This document shows positions 34,470-45,492 of a stretch of DNA of 64,000 nt, in pieces. Made by a program: the position numbers and the translations under genes. Source of the stretch: Rhynchopus sp. YZ270_cl-10 (lineage: Eukaryota). How positions within the stretch are numbered: the stretch's first letter is position 1; the number at the start of each line of letters is the position of its first letter. The DNA lies in NCBI GenBank assembly GCA_964035575.1, contig OZ037845.1, forward strand, positions 1,426,001 to 1,490,000, in the 5' to 3' direction. The notes under the pieces were generated by a model. It saw only the letters and a list, made by a program, of their open reading frames with translations, searched no databases and was not told the origin of the DNA.

Positions 34470-35263
34470 ATGTAGAGGCGGCAACAGACGTTGAGGGGAC
34501 ACTGCTGGGAGCACAGTTGCATAATCCTTGCTAGTCTTCAAACGTACCTTATTTTGAAGTGTGTACACCATTCGCATTCAACGTTTCTTATTCTTTACAG
34601 ATGTGTGCACAAGTGGCGCATTCATCTTTTCAAGCTTTCTTCGATGCCCTGCATCTGCCCTGCAGGCTTTTTTGCATTCATTTTTTTAACTCTCAAAAGC
34701 GTCTTTTGTCGCATTTGATGTGTATGCCCCCCCTTTTCCTAGGTCAATGGGCTGCCACCAAGGCAGCACATTGTGCCTGTTGCTAAAGCGACACCAAGCA
34801 GCGAACACATGACGCGAGAAGGCATTATGGCTATGTGTGTAATCTATTACCGCTCCTAATGTTGGCTCATCTTCGCTGTTCTTTTTTTTTTAACCTTGAT
34901 TTTGTTCATGTTTTTTTATCCAAACCCCCTTTTTTGTGCCTATGTGTTTACTTGGAGTTGTATCGCAAGGTAGTCTTTCAGAGGTTCTTTTACCTGAAAC
35001 TGCTTCCCGCTCCTGTGCCGCTACTCAAGACGTCTGACGAGAAATCTTTCTTGCGCCAACGTCTTATTCTTATGGTGCGCACAACAACACTCCCTTGTTT
35101 TGGATTTTTTGATTTTTTTGGTCAACACAAAAGTAACTAAATGACACTGGAAACATAAAACAAAGAACTACGTTTTCTTCTTCTTTTCTTTCTTTTCGCA
35201 CTCTCCCCCTTTCCGCTAACACCACTTCCACAACAGATATCAAAAATCCACAGTACTGCTGAA

Positions 35264-36772
35264 ATGCTTCGTTCTGCAGTGGTTCTGAGTATGTTCGCAG
35301 CAGTGTCTGCAGGTCCCGTGTGCTGGGACAATGTGGACTGTGGAGTGAACGAGTGGTGCCGCCCTGTCCGCTACGGGACGGACTACTGCTTCTCGTACTA
35401 CAAGAAGTGCACCCCGAAGCGTGACATCGGTGAAACCTGCAGCGCTGGCACGAACTGCCGTGACGAGCTCTGCAAAGACGGCCTCACCTGCGAGAAGGGC
35501 GTCTGCACCGCACCCAAGCCCGCAACCTGCACTCTGAAGTGCGGCACTGTCGTCCCTGTCGGATGGGGTGGAAACGACGAGGGTTCCAACGCCTGCAACA
35601 CCTGTGGCTGCCTTGAGGGTGGACTTCTTCGCTGCACTATGATTGCATGCCCTGCCCTTCCGTGCCCGAAGCCTGAGCCCAAAACCTGCACCCTGAAGTG
35701 CGGCACCGTTGTCCCTGCTGGCTGGGGTGGAAACGACGAGGGCTCCAACGCCTGCAACACATGTGGCTGCACTGACAGTGGAAGCCTCATCTGCACACAG
35801 ATTGCGTGCCTGGACGCACCATGCCCGCCGAAGAAGTCCTGTGAGCTTCAGTGCGGAACTGTTGTTGCTGACGGATGGACTGGAAAGGACGAGGGCACCA
35901 ACGACTGCAACACCTGCACTTGCACTGACGGCGCTCTCGCATGCACCAAGATCGGATGCATTGACAGCAAGGAGTGCCCGAAGCCCGAGCCCACCACCTG
36001 CACCCTTGGATGTGGCACTGTTGTCCCTGTCGGATGGGGTGGACACGACGAGGGTGACAACGCCTGCAACACCTGTGGCTGCCTTGAGAACGGTCTCCTC
36101 CGTTGCACTCTCATTGCGTGCCCTAAGCTTCCGTGCCCGAAGCCTGAGCCCGAGACCTGCACTCTGAAGTGCGGCACCGTTGTCCCTGTCGGATGGGGTG
36201 GAAAGGACGAGGGCTCCAACGCCTGCAACTCCTGTGGCTGCCTTGAGGGTGGAGTTCTTCGCTGCACGGAGATTGCGTGCCTGGACACACCGTGCCCGGC
36301 AAAGAAGTCCTGCGAGCTTCAGTGCGGAACTGTTGTTGCTGACGGATGGACTGGAAAGGACGAGGGCACCAACGACTGCAACACCTGCTCCTGCAGTGAT
36401 GGAGCTCTCAGCTGCACGGAAATTGGTTGCATTGACAGCAAGGAGTGCCCGAAGCCCGAGCCCACCACCTGCACCCTTGGATGTGGCACTGTTGTCCCTG
36501 TCGGATGGGGTGGACACGACGAGGGTGACAACGCCTGCAACTCCTGTGGCTGCCTTGAGAACGGTCTCCTCCGTTGCACTCAGATTGCGTGCCCGAAGCT
36601 TCCGTGCCCGAAGCCTGAGCCCGAGACCTGCACCCTGAAGTGCGGTACCGTTGTCCCTGTCGGATGGGGTGGAAAGGACGAGTGTTCCAACGCCTGCAAC
36701 TCCTGTGGCTGCCTTGAGGGTGGAGTTCTTCGCTGCACGCAGCAGGCGTGCGTCAACGTCCCTTCCCTGTAG
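35264..36772 (+). CDS. Pacifastin-like protein, copy 5
   Basis: Translation identical to copy 1. Confidence 0.85.
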   Translation: MLRSAVVLSMFAAVSAGPVCWDNVDCGVNEWCRPVRYGTDYCFSYYKKCTPKRDIGETCSAGTNCRDELCKDGLTCEKGVCTAPKPATCTLKCGTVVPVGWGGNDEGSNACNTCGCLEGGLLRCTMIACPALPCPKPEPKTCTLKCGTVVPAGWGGNDEGSNACNTCGCTDSGSLICTQIACLDAPCPPKKSCELQCGTVVADGWTGKDEGTNDCNTCTCTDGALACTKIGCIDSKECPKPEPTTCTLGCGTVVPVGWGGHDEGDNACNTCGCLENGLLRCTLIACPKLPCPKPEPETCTLKCGTVVPVGWGGKDEGSNACNSCGCLEGGVLRCTEIACLDTPCPAKKSCELQCGTVVADGWTGKDEGTNDCNTCSCSDGALSCTEIGCIDSKECPKPEPTTCTLGCGTVVPVGWGGHDEGDNACNSCGCLENGLLRCTQIACPKLPCPKPEPETCTLKCGTVVPVGWGGKDECSNACNSCGCLEGGVLRCTQQACVNVPSL

Positions 36773-37834
36773 ATGTAGAGGCGGCAACAGACGTTGAGGG
36801 GACACTGCTGGGAGCACAGTTGCATAATCCTTGCTAGTCTTCAAACGTACCTTATTTTGAAGTGTGTACACCATTCGCATTCAACGTTTCTTATTCTTTA
36901 CAGATGTGTGCACAAGTGGCGCATTCATCTTTTCAAGCTTTCTTCGATGCCCTGCATCTGCCCTGCAGGCTTTTTTGCATTCATTTTTTTAACTCTCAAA
37001 AGCGTCTTTTGTCGCATTTGATGTGTATGCCCCCCCTTTTCCTAGGTCAATGGGCTGCCACCAAGGCAGCACATTGTGCCTGTTGCTAAAGCGACACCAA
37101 GCAGCGAACACATGACGCGAGAAGGCATTATGGCTATGTGTGTAATCTATTACCGCTCCTAATGTTGGCTCATCTTCGCTGTTCTTTTTTTTTTAACCTT
37201 GATTTTGTTCATGTTTTTTTATCCAAACCCCCTTTTTTGTGCCTATGTGTTTACTTGGAGTTGTATCGCAAGGTAGTCTTTCAGAGGTTCTTTTACCTGA
37301 AACTGCTTCCCGCTCCTGTGCCGCTACTCAAGACGTCTGACGAGAAATCTTTCTTGCGCCAACGTCTTATTCTTATGGTGCGCACAACAACACTCCCTTG
37401 TTTTGGATTTTTTGATTTTTTTGGTCAACACAAAAGCCAGAGGATACCCATAGGAAATTTGTAGGCAGAAACAACACCGAATCCTCCAAAAAAAATGAAA
37501 AAAAATGCAAACCAGAGTTCAAGGCCATTAGTAAGATTCTTTGTTCGCAAATATTTGGTTGGAAGGGCTATTTGTTCGTTGGCATTGGACTGTATATCAT
37601 GATTTTCTGTTCATTTTGTTTGCCCCTTTTATCGGCTGCTTTGCTTTGCAATATCTGCAGCGTCAGATACCTTCGTCTTTTTTAGTTTCTTTTTTTGAGA
37701 AGAGTTCGAAAATTTCCACCCCCTCCTCCCTCCCTCCCACTTTGCTACCTCATCGTCTCCTATTCCTTCTTTTTCGCCGTACTGCGCCTTTTTGTTGTTC
37801 CGAAGACACTATTATGTCTCCTTCCCCCGGACAG

Positions 37835-37884
37835 CCGGATCATGTACCAAAGGTACTGTTCACGAGAGGGCTTTGTATTTCACG
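37835..37884 (+). repeat. Hairpin motif B copy
   Basis: CCGGATCATGTACCAAAGGTACTGTTCACGAGAGGGCTTTGTATTTCACG. Other copies start at 7355, 15734, 16188, 42440, 49111, 50229 and 61307. Confidence 0.8.
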
Positions 37885-37902
37885 TCAATTTTTTAACCAC
37901 TA

Positions 37903-37942
37903 CCTTCCTTGCGTATCTCCCCCTCTCCCTTTCCCTCTGTAG
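37903..37942 (+). promoter_or_regulatory. Putative spliced-leader trans-splice acceptor (polypyrimidine tract + AG)
   Basis: CTCCCCCTCTCCCTTTCCCTCTGTAG ends 15 nt upstream of the ATG at 37957. The role is inferred from the gene layout. Confidence 0.45.
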
Positions 37943-37956
37943 GTCTACACCACACA

Positions 37957-40900
37957 ATGGAGAATCTCTCCCGTGAGGAAGAGTCTCGCCAGCGTGGTAT
38001 GATCGAGGCAGAAGAGGTCATCTCACAGGTGACCCTCATCGCATCGTTGCAGACCCTGCAGCTCAGCCGCAAGCAGGAGACGCACGCTGCACCACCTGCC
38101 GCGCAGCAGGTCCGTGCGGCGTACCTTTCACCACCTAATCCTAACGTTTTGAAGCGGCTTGGTTTGCATGCAGCGTATTCTGATGCACCGCAGGCATGGC
38201 AATGTGAGCAGGAAGAACGAACCGGGGTTTGTACAGAGCAGATTGCACGCCTTCAGAGCTTGGAGACGAAATGCCGGGGGGAGCTGTGCAGTGTGATGGC
38301 AACGCTGTTGGCGAGGGAGGCCCTGAGGTGGGTTGCAGTGGGGCGTGGGTTTTGGTATTGGGAGTGGCGTGGGGAGGTGGCGGGGATGGTGGCACAACGG
38401 AATGAGGAGTGCGAGCAGATCCGCCAGGCAGGACACCATGAAGGCACAGAACGGGAACGACTCATCGCAGAAGAGTACACTGCAAGAGAGACCGCAGCAG
38501 GCCTGCTCTGGGAAACAACAGAGGCAGTACTCTTCCGTGCAGAGCTCCCCGACCTCCACAGACGCTCTCAAAACCATATTTTAGACGAACACCGTTTTCT
38601 CGGCCGCAAAACCAACGAACTCTGGTCCCTCACCGTCCTAGATTCCTCCCTCCGTCAAACAACACACGACGCGGTGTTAACTCTGGAATACACTTTCGCA
38701 GAATTTCGCCAAGAACTTTGCCACATCATTGCACGGCGAAACGCAAAGGGACGTCGCATCACAACACACCTCAATCACCAAGCAGCACGGGAACTGATAG
38801 AGTCTCGGGTTCTCTGTTTTGAGGACTTCTTGAGCACCGCATTTGAGTACATTGTTGAGGAGCGGCAAGGTGCACAACGAATTGAAGGATTAATGGATGC
38901 TGCGAAAACTGCCATGTGTACTCAATTTGTAGAAAACGTAACAACACTACAAAACGTCCTAAAGGGAACAGAAATGATATGCCGCGAAGACCTTGCAGAT
39001 ATGCTATCAGAACGCACCACAGCCATGCGACAATACGACGTAGCAGTAGAGGTCTCACAAAGACGTGAAACCCACTTAATGCAACACTACGACTGTCTCT
39101 CCTCTCTTAGCTGTACCATTTCCTCCGAATCCTCTACACGAGAACACATTGTCACAGAATACGATGCCCATATGAAGACCTTCCACGACACCGCCGCAAC
39201 ACACAAAACTGCTTGGCACGCCTTTCGTCTGAAACGAGAGGAGCACGACCGGGTCTCTGGTGCCGCCATATTTCTTCATTACGAAGCCTGCGAACGGTGT
39301 CTTCTTGAGGATCTGACCCTGCATGCTTTGCAGCTCCTCCACACGGTGGAGCCCCTTTTCCGCTCTACACGGTGTAGTAATAGCGCTACGACGTACCTAA
39401 CAGATGGCGTCACCGCCGCAACGGATGCATCTCTTCTTCGCCTCGAAGGGGGTCTGGACGACATCAGCTTTCGATATGACAATGAGGTTGATGGGAAGCA
39501 GTTCGCTTCACCCCGTTTGCTGCCTGCGACGTTACCTTCGTTGCCGGTTGGGTATTACGAAGAGTTCTATTGTCATGTAGTATATGGTGACGAAGAGGAT
39601 GATAGAACCTCAATACGGCACACCGAATCGGAGCATTTCTGCGAACTTTTCAGTATGTTTTGCCTCGGTAGCCAGCACCTACACAAACAAATTGGGGGAG
39701 AACGTCTTGCAGACCGTGCCAAAGAGCGTCAAACCCTGTTACAACGCACCGATGACGTTTCCTTAGCACTATCTCTCAAAGCACAACGCAGGATTCTCAG
39801 CTATTCAAACCCCCCATCCGCCAAACCAACCGACCTCATCAATGCAACACTCCAAACAACCGGGTTATTTCCTCCGACTCTTTTTATTGAGCTGGTTGCG
39901 GAGGAATGTTTTCAGAGACTATATACTGAGGAATGCGGGAAATCAATTTTAACCTTTCTATATGACACCTCAAAGCGGGCAGAGGAAGTACGAGAACAAC
40001 GGGAGGCCAAAAGGAAGCTTCAGGCAATCCTGATTGGTGGCGGTGCGGACGGTACACCAGAACATACACGACGGTATGAGGTTGCACATTATGAAAGCAG
40101 ACTGCACATCTGCACTACCCTCGCCATACAAGATATCTCCACCAATGGTGTACCATCCCTATGCGAAGGTGCCACCACCTTCGCACAATTCCGCTACAAC
40201 CTTTGGAACAAAACGGCACGACGATCTCACTCCCTCCCTCTCCGCGCGCTCCCTCTCCCAGCCTTTTTGAAGACACCCCCTGCATATGATTTGCTCTGCC
40301 AACACCAGAACCTTCTTTGTGAGGCAGATGAGGCGAAAATGCGGGAATATTTTGTGTGTGCTGCGTTTTGTATTTTGAATGGAATATCAAAAAAGATGGG
40401 AGAGTTATTACAACGAGATGAAATGAGGCAGAAGAGGGTGTTTGAAGCAAAGCGAATCCTTCAAATACAATGTCTAAATGAGGCGAAAGAAAGCTGCAAA
40501 CGGAGGCGGTGCATTGAGGAAGAAGAGATAGAGGTACGACGAAGCATGCTGAATATGATACATGCGTCACATGCCTTCAACACAAAACAAACCCAAACAA
40601 GAGAACGCCTACAACGGGTAGAAGATACAGTACGAAAAAACGAAGTAACCGGCGTCATCTCCGACACAATCCTTTTATCCCACAGCGAAGCCTGCCAACG
40701 CGCCTATCTCCTCCACACCGAACAGATCTTCCGCGACAACAAACTTCTCGTCGAACACCTCCACCGATTCGACAAACGCCGCAGCGTCCAAACCCTTCTC
40801 AACGAAAGCTTCTTCCTCTCCTCTTGCGATGTTTCCCTTATCACTGGCCCCACCTTTTCGCTTAACGATACCGAAAAAGAGACGAGGCGGCGTATTGAAG

Positions 40901-42372
40901 ATTCCTTTTTTCAATCATTTCGAGAAAACATCAGCACCATCTCCTTCTTTTCTGCAACCCGCGCCACTTTTCTCGCCACAACCAGAGCAGACGCAGAACG
41001 ACAGATGCAACGCTTTCTTACCAACCTGCCTATAAACCTTCTCATAGCCTCAGAACAAAAATCAAGGATTTTTGTAGATTCACTTCATTCTCTGCGTATT
41101 GACCGTTCAGAAGGGGTACATGCATTCGACATTACACTCTTTTTGAGAGCAATCGATTTGGTCTCAAAAGAAGAAGACTTAAGAGAAAGACTGGACATTG
41201 AAATGGAATTTGAGGTGAACCGTCTTTCACGGTATCAAGGATTTATCAAAACAGCGCAGATTCTGAGGGTTGAAGAACGGAGGAGGCGAAGCGCTGTCCT
41301 CGCAGAAGAGGACTTCAACAAAAGAAATGTGTTTCTGTTTCCAACAATAGGCGAGCTACTGCAGGCGACGGTGTTGCCACCTCATATTCGCGCGAATCTG
41401 TCTCTCAAAAAGATGATACGGGAGAGACAAGATGATGAGCTGAAGGCTTCTCTTGAAAAACATCGTCGCAAAAAGATTGCGCAGAAGGAGCTTATTAGCA
41501 TTGAACTCCAACGAACGAATGCTTTAGCGCAGATGCAACGGATGGATAAACGGCGTGGTGTTGATGCACAAAGGGGAGATTCTGATAGCGCGGAGATGGC
41601 GCAAGGATTTTGCAGGCTATGGAATGATTTAGAGGCAGCAGTGCGGCAGGATCAATTAATGAAGAGTATATCGGTGTTAAGCATTCCACTACTAAATGAA
41701 GAGGAGGAGAGGAGAAGGCAGTTGACATCCCGAGAGGAAGGGGAATACGCCTTGCTCAAACTCATTCGGTTTGAGGATTGGAAGATGCGGGTCGACTATG
41801 TACACAGTGCGACGCAGTTTTCGTCGGGAATTGCGATGCTTCAAAGTTTATGCAAAAACGAACCAAAATACAGAAGGGTAGACGTTGCCTCTGTGATTGC
41901 AGCGCACAAAGAAGCAAAGCAACACAAAACTATTTTTACACCAAAAGAGCTTCCGAAGCAAGAATCAAATAGGTTGCTTGTTGTTGGCATGATTTTATCA
42001 GACGAAGCCGTGAAGAGGGTCGCCTTGGTAAAAGAATATGGCAAAGGGTTGGAAGATATGAACAATACGATAAAGGCGGCGTCAGTGGAGGTACGCAAAC
42101 GGCAGGTAAAACGTGAGGCCGCCTCCATACGGACAAAGCTGCATGGTTTTGAGGTAGAAGCCACACGCCGCAGACGGCACCATGCAAAGCTCTTCGTGTC
42201 AGCAAATTTCATCCAAAGGGTCTTCAGAGGATGGGTAGTCCGGCAGCGCATAAAACAAACCCAGTGTGTCAACGACTTCATCACAAAGAACGCACAATCT
42301 CTCAAAAAGCGTGAAGAAGAAAAGCAGCGAGGGAAACTCCGGTGGCTTCTACGGACAGAAGATGTGGATTGA
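37957..42372 (+). CDS. Large helical protein with EExxR-type repeats and a C-terminal IQ motif
   Basis: ~1470-aa intronless ORF with recurrent E..R..I..EE segments and ANFIQRVFRGWVVR (IQ). Confidence 0.8.
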   Translation: MENLSREEESRQRGMIEAEEVISQVTLIASLQTLQLSRKQETHAAPPAAQQVRAAYLSPPNPNVLKRLGLHAAYSDAPQAWQCEQEERTGVCTEQIARLQSLETKCRGELCSVMATLLAREALRWVAVGRGFWYWEWRGEVAGMVAQRNEECEQIRQAGHHEGTERERLIAEEYTARETAAGLLWETTEAVLFRAELPDLHRRSQNHILDEHRFLGRKTNELWSLTVLDSSLRQTTHDAVLTLEYTFAEFRQELCHIIARRNAKGRRITTHLNHQAARELIESRVLCFEDFLSTAFEYIVEERQGAQRIEGLMDAAKTAMCTQFVENVTTLQNVLKGTEMICREDLADMLSERTTAMRQYDVAVEVSQRRETHLMQHYDCLSSLSCTISSESSTREHIVTEYDAHMKTFHDTAATHKTAWHAFRLKREEHDRVSGAAIFLHYEACERCLLEDLTLHALQLLHTVEPLFRSTRCSNSATTYLTDGVTAATDASLLRLEGGLDDISFRYDNEVDGKQFASPRLLPATLPSLPVGYYEEFYCHVVYGDEEDDRTSIRHTESEHFCELFSMFCLGSQHLHKQIGGERLADRAKERQTLLQRTDDVSLALSLKAQRRILSYSNPPSAKPTDLINATLQTTGLFPPTLFIELVAEECFQRLYTEECGKSILTFLYDTSKRAEEVREQREAKRKLQAILIGGGADGTPEHTRRYEVAHYESRLHICTTLAIQDISTNGVPSLCEGATTFAQFRYNLWNKTARRSHSLPLRALPLPAFLKTPPAYDLLCQHQNLLCEADEAKMREYFVCAAFCILNGISKKMGELLQRDEMRQKRVFEAKRILQIQCLNEAKESCKRRRCIEEEEIEVRRSMLNMIHASHAFNTKQTQTRERLQRVEDTVRKNEVTGVISDTILLSHSEACQRAYLLHTEQIFRDNKLLVEHLHRFDKRRSVQTLLNESFFLSSCDVSLITGPTFSLNDTEKETRRRIEDSFFQSFRENISTISFFSATRATFLATTRADAERQMQRFLTNLPINLLIASEQKSRIFVDSLHSLRIDRSEGVHAFDITLFLRAIDLVSKEEDLRERLDIEMEFEVNRLSRYQGFIKTAQILRVEERRRRSAVLAEEDFNKRNVFLFPTIGELLQATVLPPHIRANLSLKKMIRERQDDELKASLEKHRRKKIAQKELISIELQRTNALAQMQRMDKRRGVDAQRGDSDSAEMAQGFCRLWNDLEAAVRQDQLMKSISVLSIPLLNEEEERRRQLTSREEGEYALLKLIRFEDWKMRVDYVHSATQFSSGIAMLQSLCKNEPKYRRVDVASVIAAHKEAKQHKTIFTPKELPKQESNRLLVVGMILSDEAVKRVALVKEYGKGLEDMNNTIKAASVEVRKRQVKREAASIRTKLHGFEVEATRRRRHHAKLFVSANFIQRVFRGWVVRQRIKQTQCVNDFITKNAQSLKKREEEKQRGKLRWLLRTEDVD

Positions 42373-42609
42373 GAGGGGTTTTGTGTGAGATGTTAACCAT
42401 AAAATGGAATGTAAGACTGCATGGTTGGGGTTCCACCCCCCGGTACACCGGTCATACTCTCACGAGCGGGCTGTTGTATTTCAAATCAACTTTTTTTAAG
42501 TTTTCGTGTTTTTTTTTTTTTTCTTTCCGAACATCGGTTTTGTTTTATCTAACAAAAAACAAAACAACTCAAATAAAAAAGAGCACAACCCTGCATTGCT
42601 ATAAGGTCG

Positions 42610-42643
<34 letters not shown>

Positions 42644-42823
42644 ACAACAAAAAAAAAACCTGCCTTTTTGAGGGGATATTTTGCATATATTTTGCATCTC
42701 TCAATAAAAGCACACCATTTACACAAAAAAGAAAAAGAATCTCTCTATTTTCTCCTTTTTTTTCCCCTCCTTTTCCCTCCCTCCCAAATTCTTATAAAGG
42801 GCGTAGAAAAAAAGGAATACAAA

Positions 42824-43609
42824 ATGGTATTCTGTGTTCTGGAAAGCATCGCTTTGTGGAATGGAGGGTTGCTTCTTGTTGATGCGCATATGGCACGTCT
42901 CCGGGGCACATTGCTCCGGCTTCAGGCATCTGAGGCTGGGTGGGGTGGTATTGGGAGTGTAGATAGCGTGATAGAACGTTCTCTTGCTGCGTTGTTGGCG
43001 TATGCAGATATGCAGGTAAAGGAAGGGCATATGATGATACGGCTTTTAGTTGATTCTGCAGGACACCCGGAGGTCAATCATAGAGAGCTTCCTACTAAGG
43101 GGGCGCCGTTGATGTGTCTTCCTAGAGAAGGAGGTGGAGGTGGAGGTGGAGGTGGAGGTGGAGGTGGAGGTGGAGGTGGAGGTGGAGGTGGAGGTGGAGG
43201 TGGAGGTGGAGGTGGAGGTGAAGGTGAAACTACCTACCCATCTGTCAAGGTGGAGCTTGCAGAGGAGCGTGCAGACACCGGGTCTTTCTTTTATGTCAAC
43301 AAAACCACAGAGCGTTCCCACTACGCACCTCCCTTCAACGCACGCACCGAAGGCGTCTTTGACGTTCTTCTTATAAACACCGCAGGGTACGTGACAGAGG
43401 GGACGTTCAACAGCTTGGCCTATCTTATGGACGGTGTGTGGTATACCCCTCCCGAGAAGGATGGGCTTCTCCCGGGTGTTTTGCGTGCAACATTGTTGGA
43501 GGCAGGCGACCTGAAGGAACGCTCCGTCACGCCAGAGGCGTTGCGTTGTGTGGAGAGGTTGGTGGTCTTCAATTCGGTGCGTGGGGTGGCGGTGGCGACT
43601 CTAGTGTAG
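42824..43609 (+). CDS. PLP-dependent class IV aminotransferase / aminodeoxychorismate-lyase-like protein with a poly-Gly insert
   Basis: HMARL, NKTTER..Y, N..G.VTEG, TPP...GLLPGVLR and FNSVRG are fold-type IV motifs. Confidence 0.85.
   Translation: MVFCVLESIALWNGGLLLVDAHMARLRGTLLRLQASEAGWGGIGSVDSVIERSLAALLAYADMQVKEGHMMIRLLVDSAGHPEVNHRELPTKGAPLMCLPREGGGGGGGGGGGGGGGGGGGGGGGGGGGGGGEGETTYPSVKVELAEERADTGSFFYVNKTTERSHYAPPFNARTEGVFDVLLINTAGYVTEGTFNSLAYLMDGVWYTPPEKDGLLPGVLRATLLEAGDLKERSVTPEALRCVERLVVFNSVRGVAVATLV
43130..43219 (+). repeat. (GGAGGT)15 in-frame repeat encoding 30 glycines
   Basis: Perfect 90-bp hexamer repeat inside the CDS. Confidence 0.95.
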
Positions 43610-43760
43610 ATTTATCCCCCTTCCCTTTTTTTTGGCCTCAAAGAGGTTTCCTCTTCGGCCAGGTACTCAGTGGGAGTGTATTGCAATAAAAATATCACAG
43701 AATATTTATTTCGACTCTTCAACCTAATGCCCCCCCAATCACAGACCATTTACACAAAAT

Positions 43761-45377
43761 ATGGGTTTCGTTGATTCACTACAAAAGAAGCAGAGCGGGC
43801 TCTGCATTGAAGGGACCGTACAAAGCACAACCGGAGTTGAACGAACAAAACATGGCCAGCGCAAGCTTGGTCTGCTTCTCCAAGGGGAAGGAAAGGATGT
43901 GCGACCAAATATCATTGAAGTTATTCTACACGACCTTTGGGCAGATGCAATGTGCTTTTTGGAGGTTGGCGATAAAATCAGTTGCGACCGCTTTGAAATT
44001 GACGTTACGAATGACCCATTTAAACCCTTTTGTGCTATCGTCACGGATTCCTCTGAGATTGCGGTGATCCGTTCTCGTACTATTACTGTTAATGCGCTGA
44101 ATGTTGGGTCGTTCATCTTTCAGAATGAGGATACGAGGGTACGCCAGGCATCGAACACCACACCACACGAGGTTAAACTCGAAGGTCACAACCAATTCTT
44201 TAAGATGGGGCAGTACTACGACGTGGTCTTTGGCAACGTCGGAGACTTCAACGCAGCAGGAACATTTGTCCTCCGTCTCCTTGCACAGCGCTCTGCCTGC
44301 AACGTCCTCGATGTCGCCTGCGGGACGGGCCTCTTCTCCTTCTTCCTCCGGTACTATGACCTCAAAGTGACCGGGCTAGACTCTTCTCACGTCCTTCTCG
44401 ATATTGCGAAAGAGAAACTCCGATTTCAATTAGAAACAGAACCATCTCCGAAGCCTGCAACACGCTTTTTGCTTGCAGATATGACGACGTTTGAGGTAGA
44501 AAAGGAGAACTATGTAGCCCCAAAACCAACCAAAACCGTTGCCAAAACTGATGCAGAGCTTAATGAGGATGCTGCCAACGCCAACACCAACGCCAACGCT
44601 GCTGAAGACAATACCAACACGATTATCACTAAAGATACCACGAAATCTGATAAACGCAAACGTCGTGGCGAAGAGCGTGATGATGACGCCACTGCGACGA
44701 ATCTCTTTGGCGCTAAGAAGGACCGGCAGCAGCAGCTTCAACGTGACAACAACAACACCGCCACAGCAACCACAGAACTCCTCACCACAACCCACGAAGA
44801 CGACTCTGACATCGACGACGCCGACTCCATCGAGGAGCCCGAAGTCTCCCCCTGGGACCACCTCGAGCAGTTTGACGGCGCCATCTGCATCGACTCCCTC
44901 CGCTACCTCCCCTCCATCGAGGCCGTCCGTCTTGCCATTCGCCGAATCTGGTTCCACCTTGAACAAAAAGGCATGCTCATTGTTGACATCCCCAATGTTC
45001 ACGTACAAGGTGCCTTCCGAACGAAGCAGGAGGTCTTCAGTTATAAAATTTCGTCAACGTCGCTCGCAATATCTGCAGCGCAAATAGACGAAGGGACATT
45101 AGATGTGATTAAGAGAACGTACAATGCGGTGGACCATAAGAGGCGTATCGAGTACATGGCGTCGGCACTGCAGAAGTCGCAGCAGAAGGAACACTACCTT
45201 GCTTCATTCGAAGAGTCGTGTGAAGACCTTCTGGTTCCCCCAGCAGAGTTCGAGGCCATCCTCAAGGAGGAGATGTTCGACATACAAAGCATGTTTGGCG
45301 ACCTCAACGGCGGTTCCTACAACCCACGCACCTCAGAGCGAAGAGTGTACCTCTGTTTGCGGAGGGATCTGATGTAG
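43761..45377 (+). CDS. Class I SAM-dependent methyltransferase with an N-terminal OB-fold-like domain and a low-complexity insert
   Basis: VLDVACGTG (motif I), VTGLDSS, ADMTTF, FDGAIC..SLRYL and HLEQKGMLIVD. Confidence 0.85.
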   Translation: MGFVDSLQKKQSGLCIEGTVQSTTGVERTKHGQRKLGLLLQGEGKDVRPNIIEVILHDLWADAMCFLEVGDKISCDRFEIDVTNDPFKPFCAIVTDSSEIAVIRSRTITVNALNVGSFIFQNEDTRVRQASNTTPHEVKLEGHNQFFKMGQYYDVVFGNVGDFNAAGTFVLRLLAQRSACNVLDVACGTGLFSFFLRYYDLKVTGLDSSHVLLDIAKEKLRFQLETEPSPKPATRFLLADMTTFEVEKENYVAPKPTKTVAKTDAELNEDAANANTNANAAEDNTNTIITKDTTKSDKRKRRGEERDDDATATNLFGAKKDRQQQLQRDNNNTATATTELLTTTHEDDSDIDDADSIEEPEVSPWDHLEQFDGAICIDSLRYLPSIEAVRLAIRRIWFHLEQKGMLIVDIPNVHVQGAFRTKQEVFSYKISSTSLAISAAQIDEGTLDVIKRTYNAVDHKRRIEYMASALQKSQQKEHYLASFEESCEDLLVPPAEFEAILKEEMFDIQSMFGDLNGGSYNPRTSERRVYLCLRRDLM

Positions 45378-45492
45378 TGGTGCAGCTTAGAGACGCCCCC
45401 CTGCCGAAAGGTTCCAGGGGGGGTGACTTTTCATGTTTACACAAGTTTTTTAAACAAAAGTAGAAGACATTTTTTTTTGTAGTCTTTCAAAG

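Larger units (their letters stand above)
25927..37436 (+). repeat. Tandem array of five 2303-bp units, each carrying one pacifastin-like gene
   Basis: The ORF track repeats with an exact 2303-bp offset. The unit starts AAATGACACTGG (25927) and the array ends CACAAAAG (37436). Confidence 0.97.
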
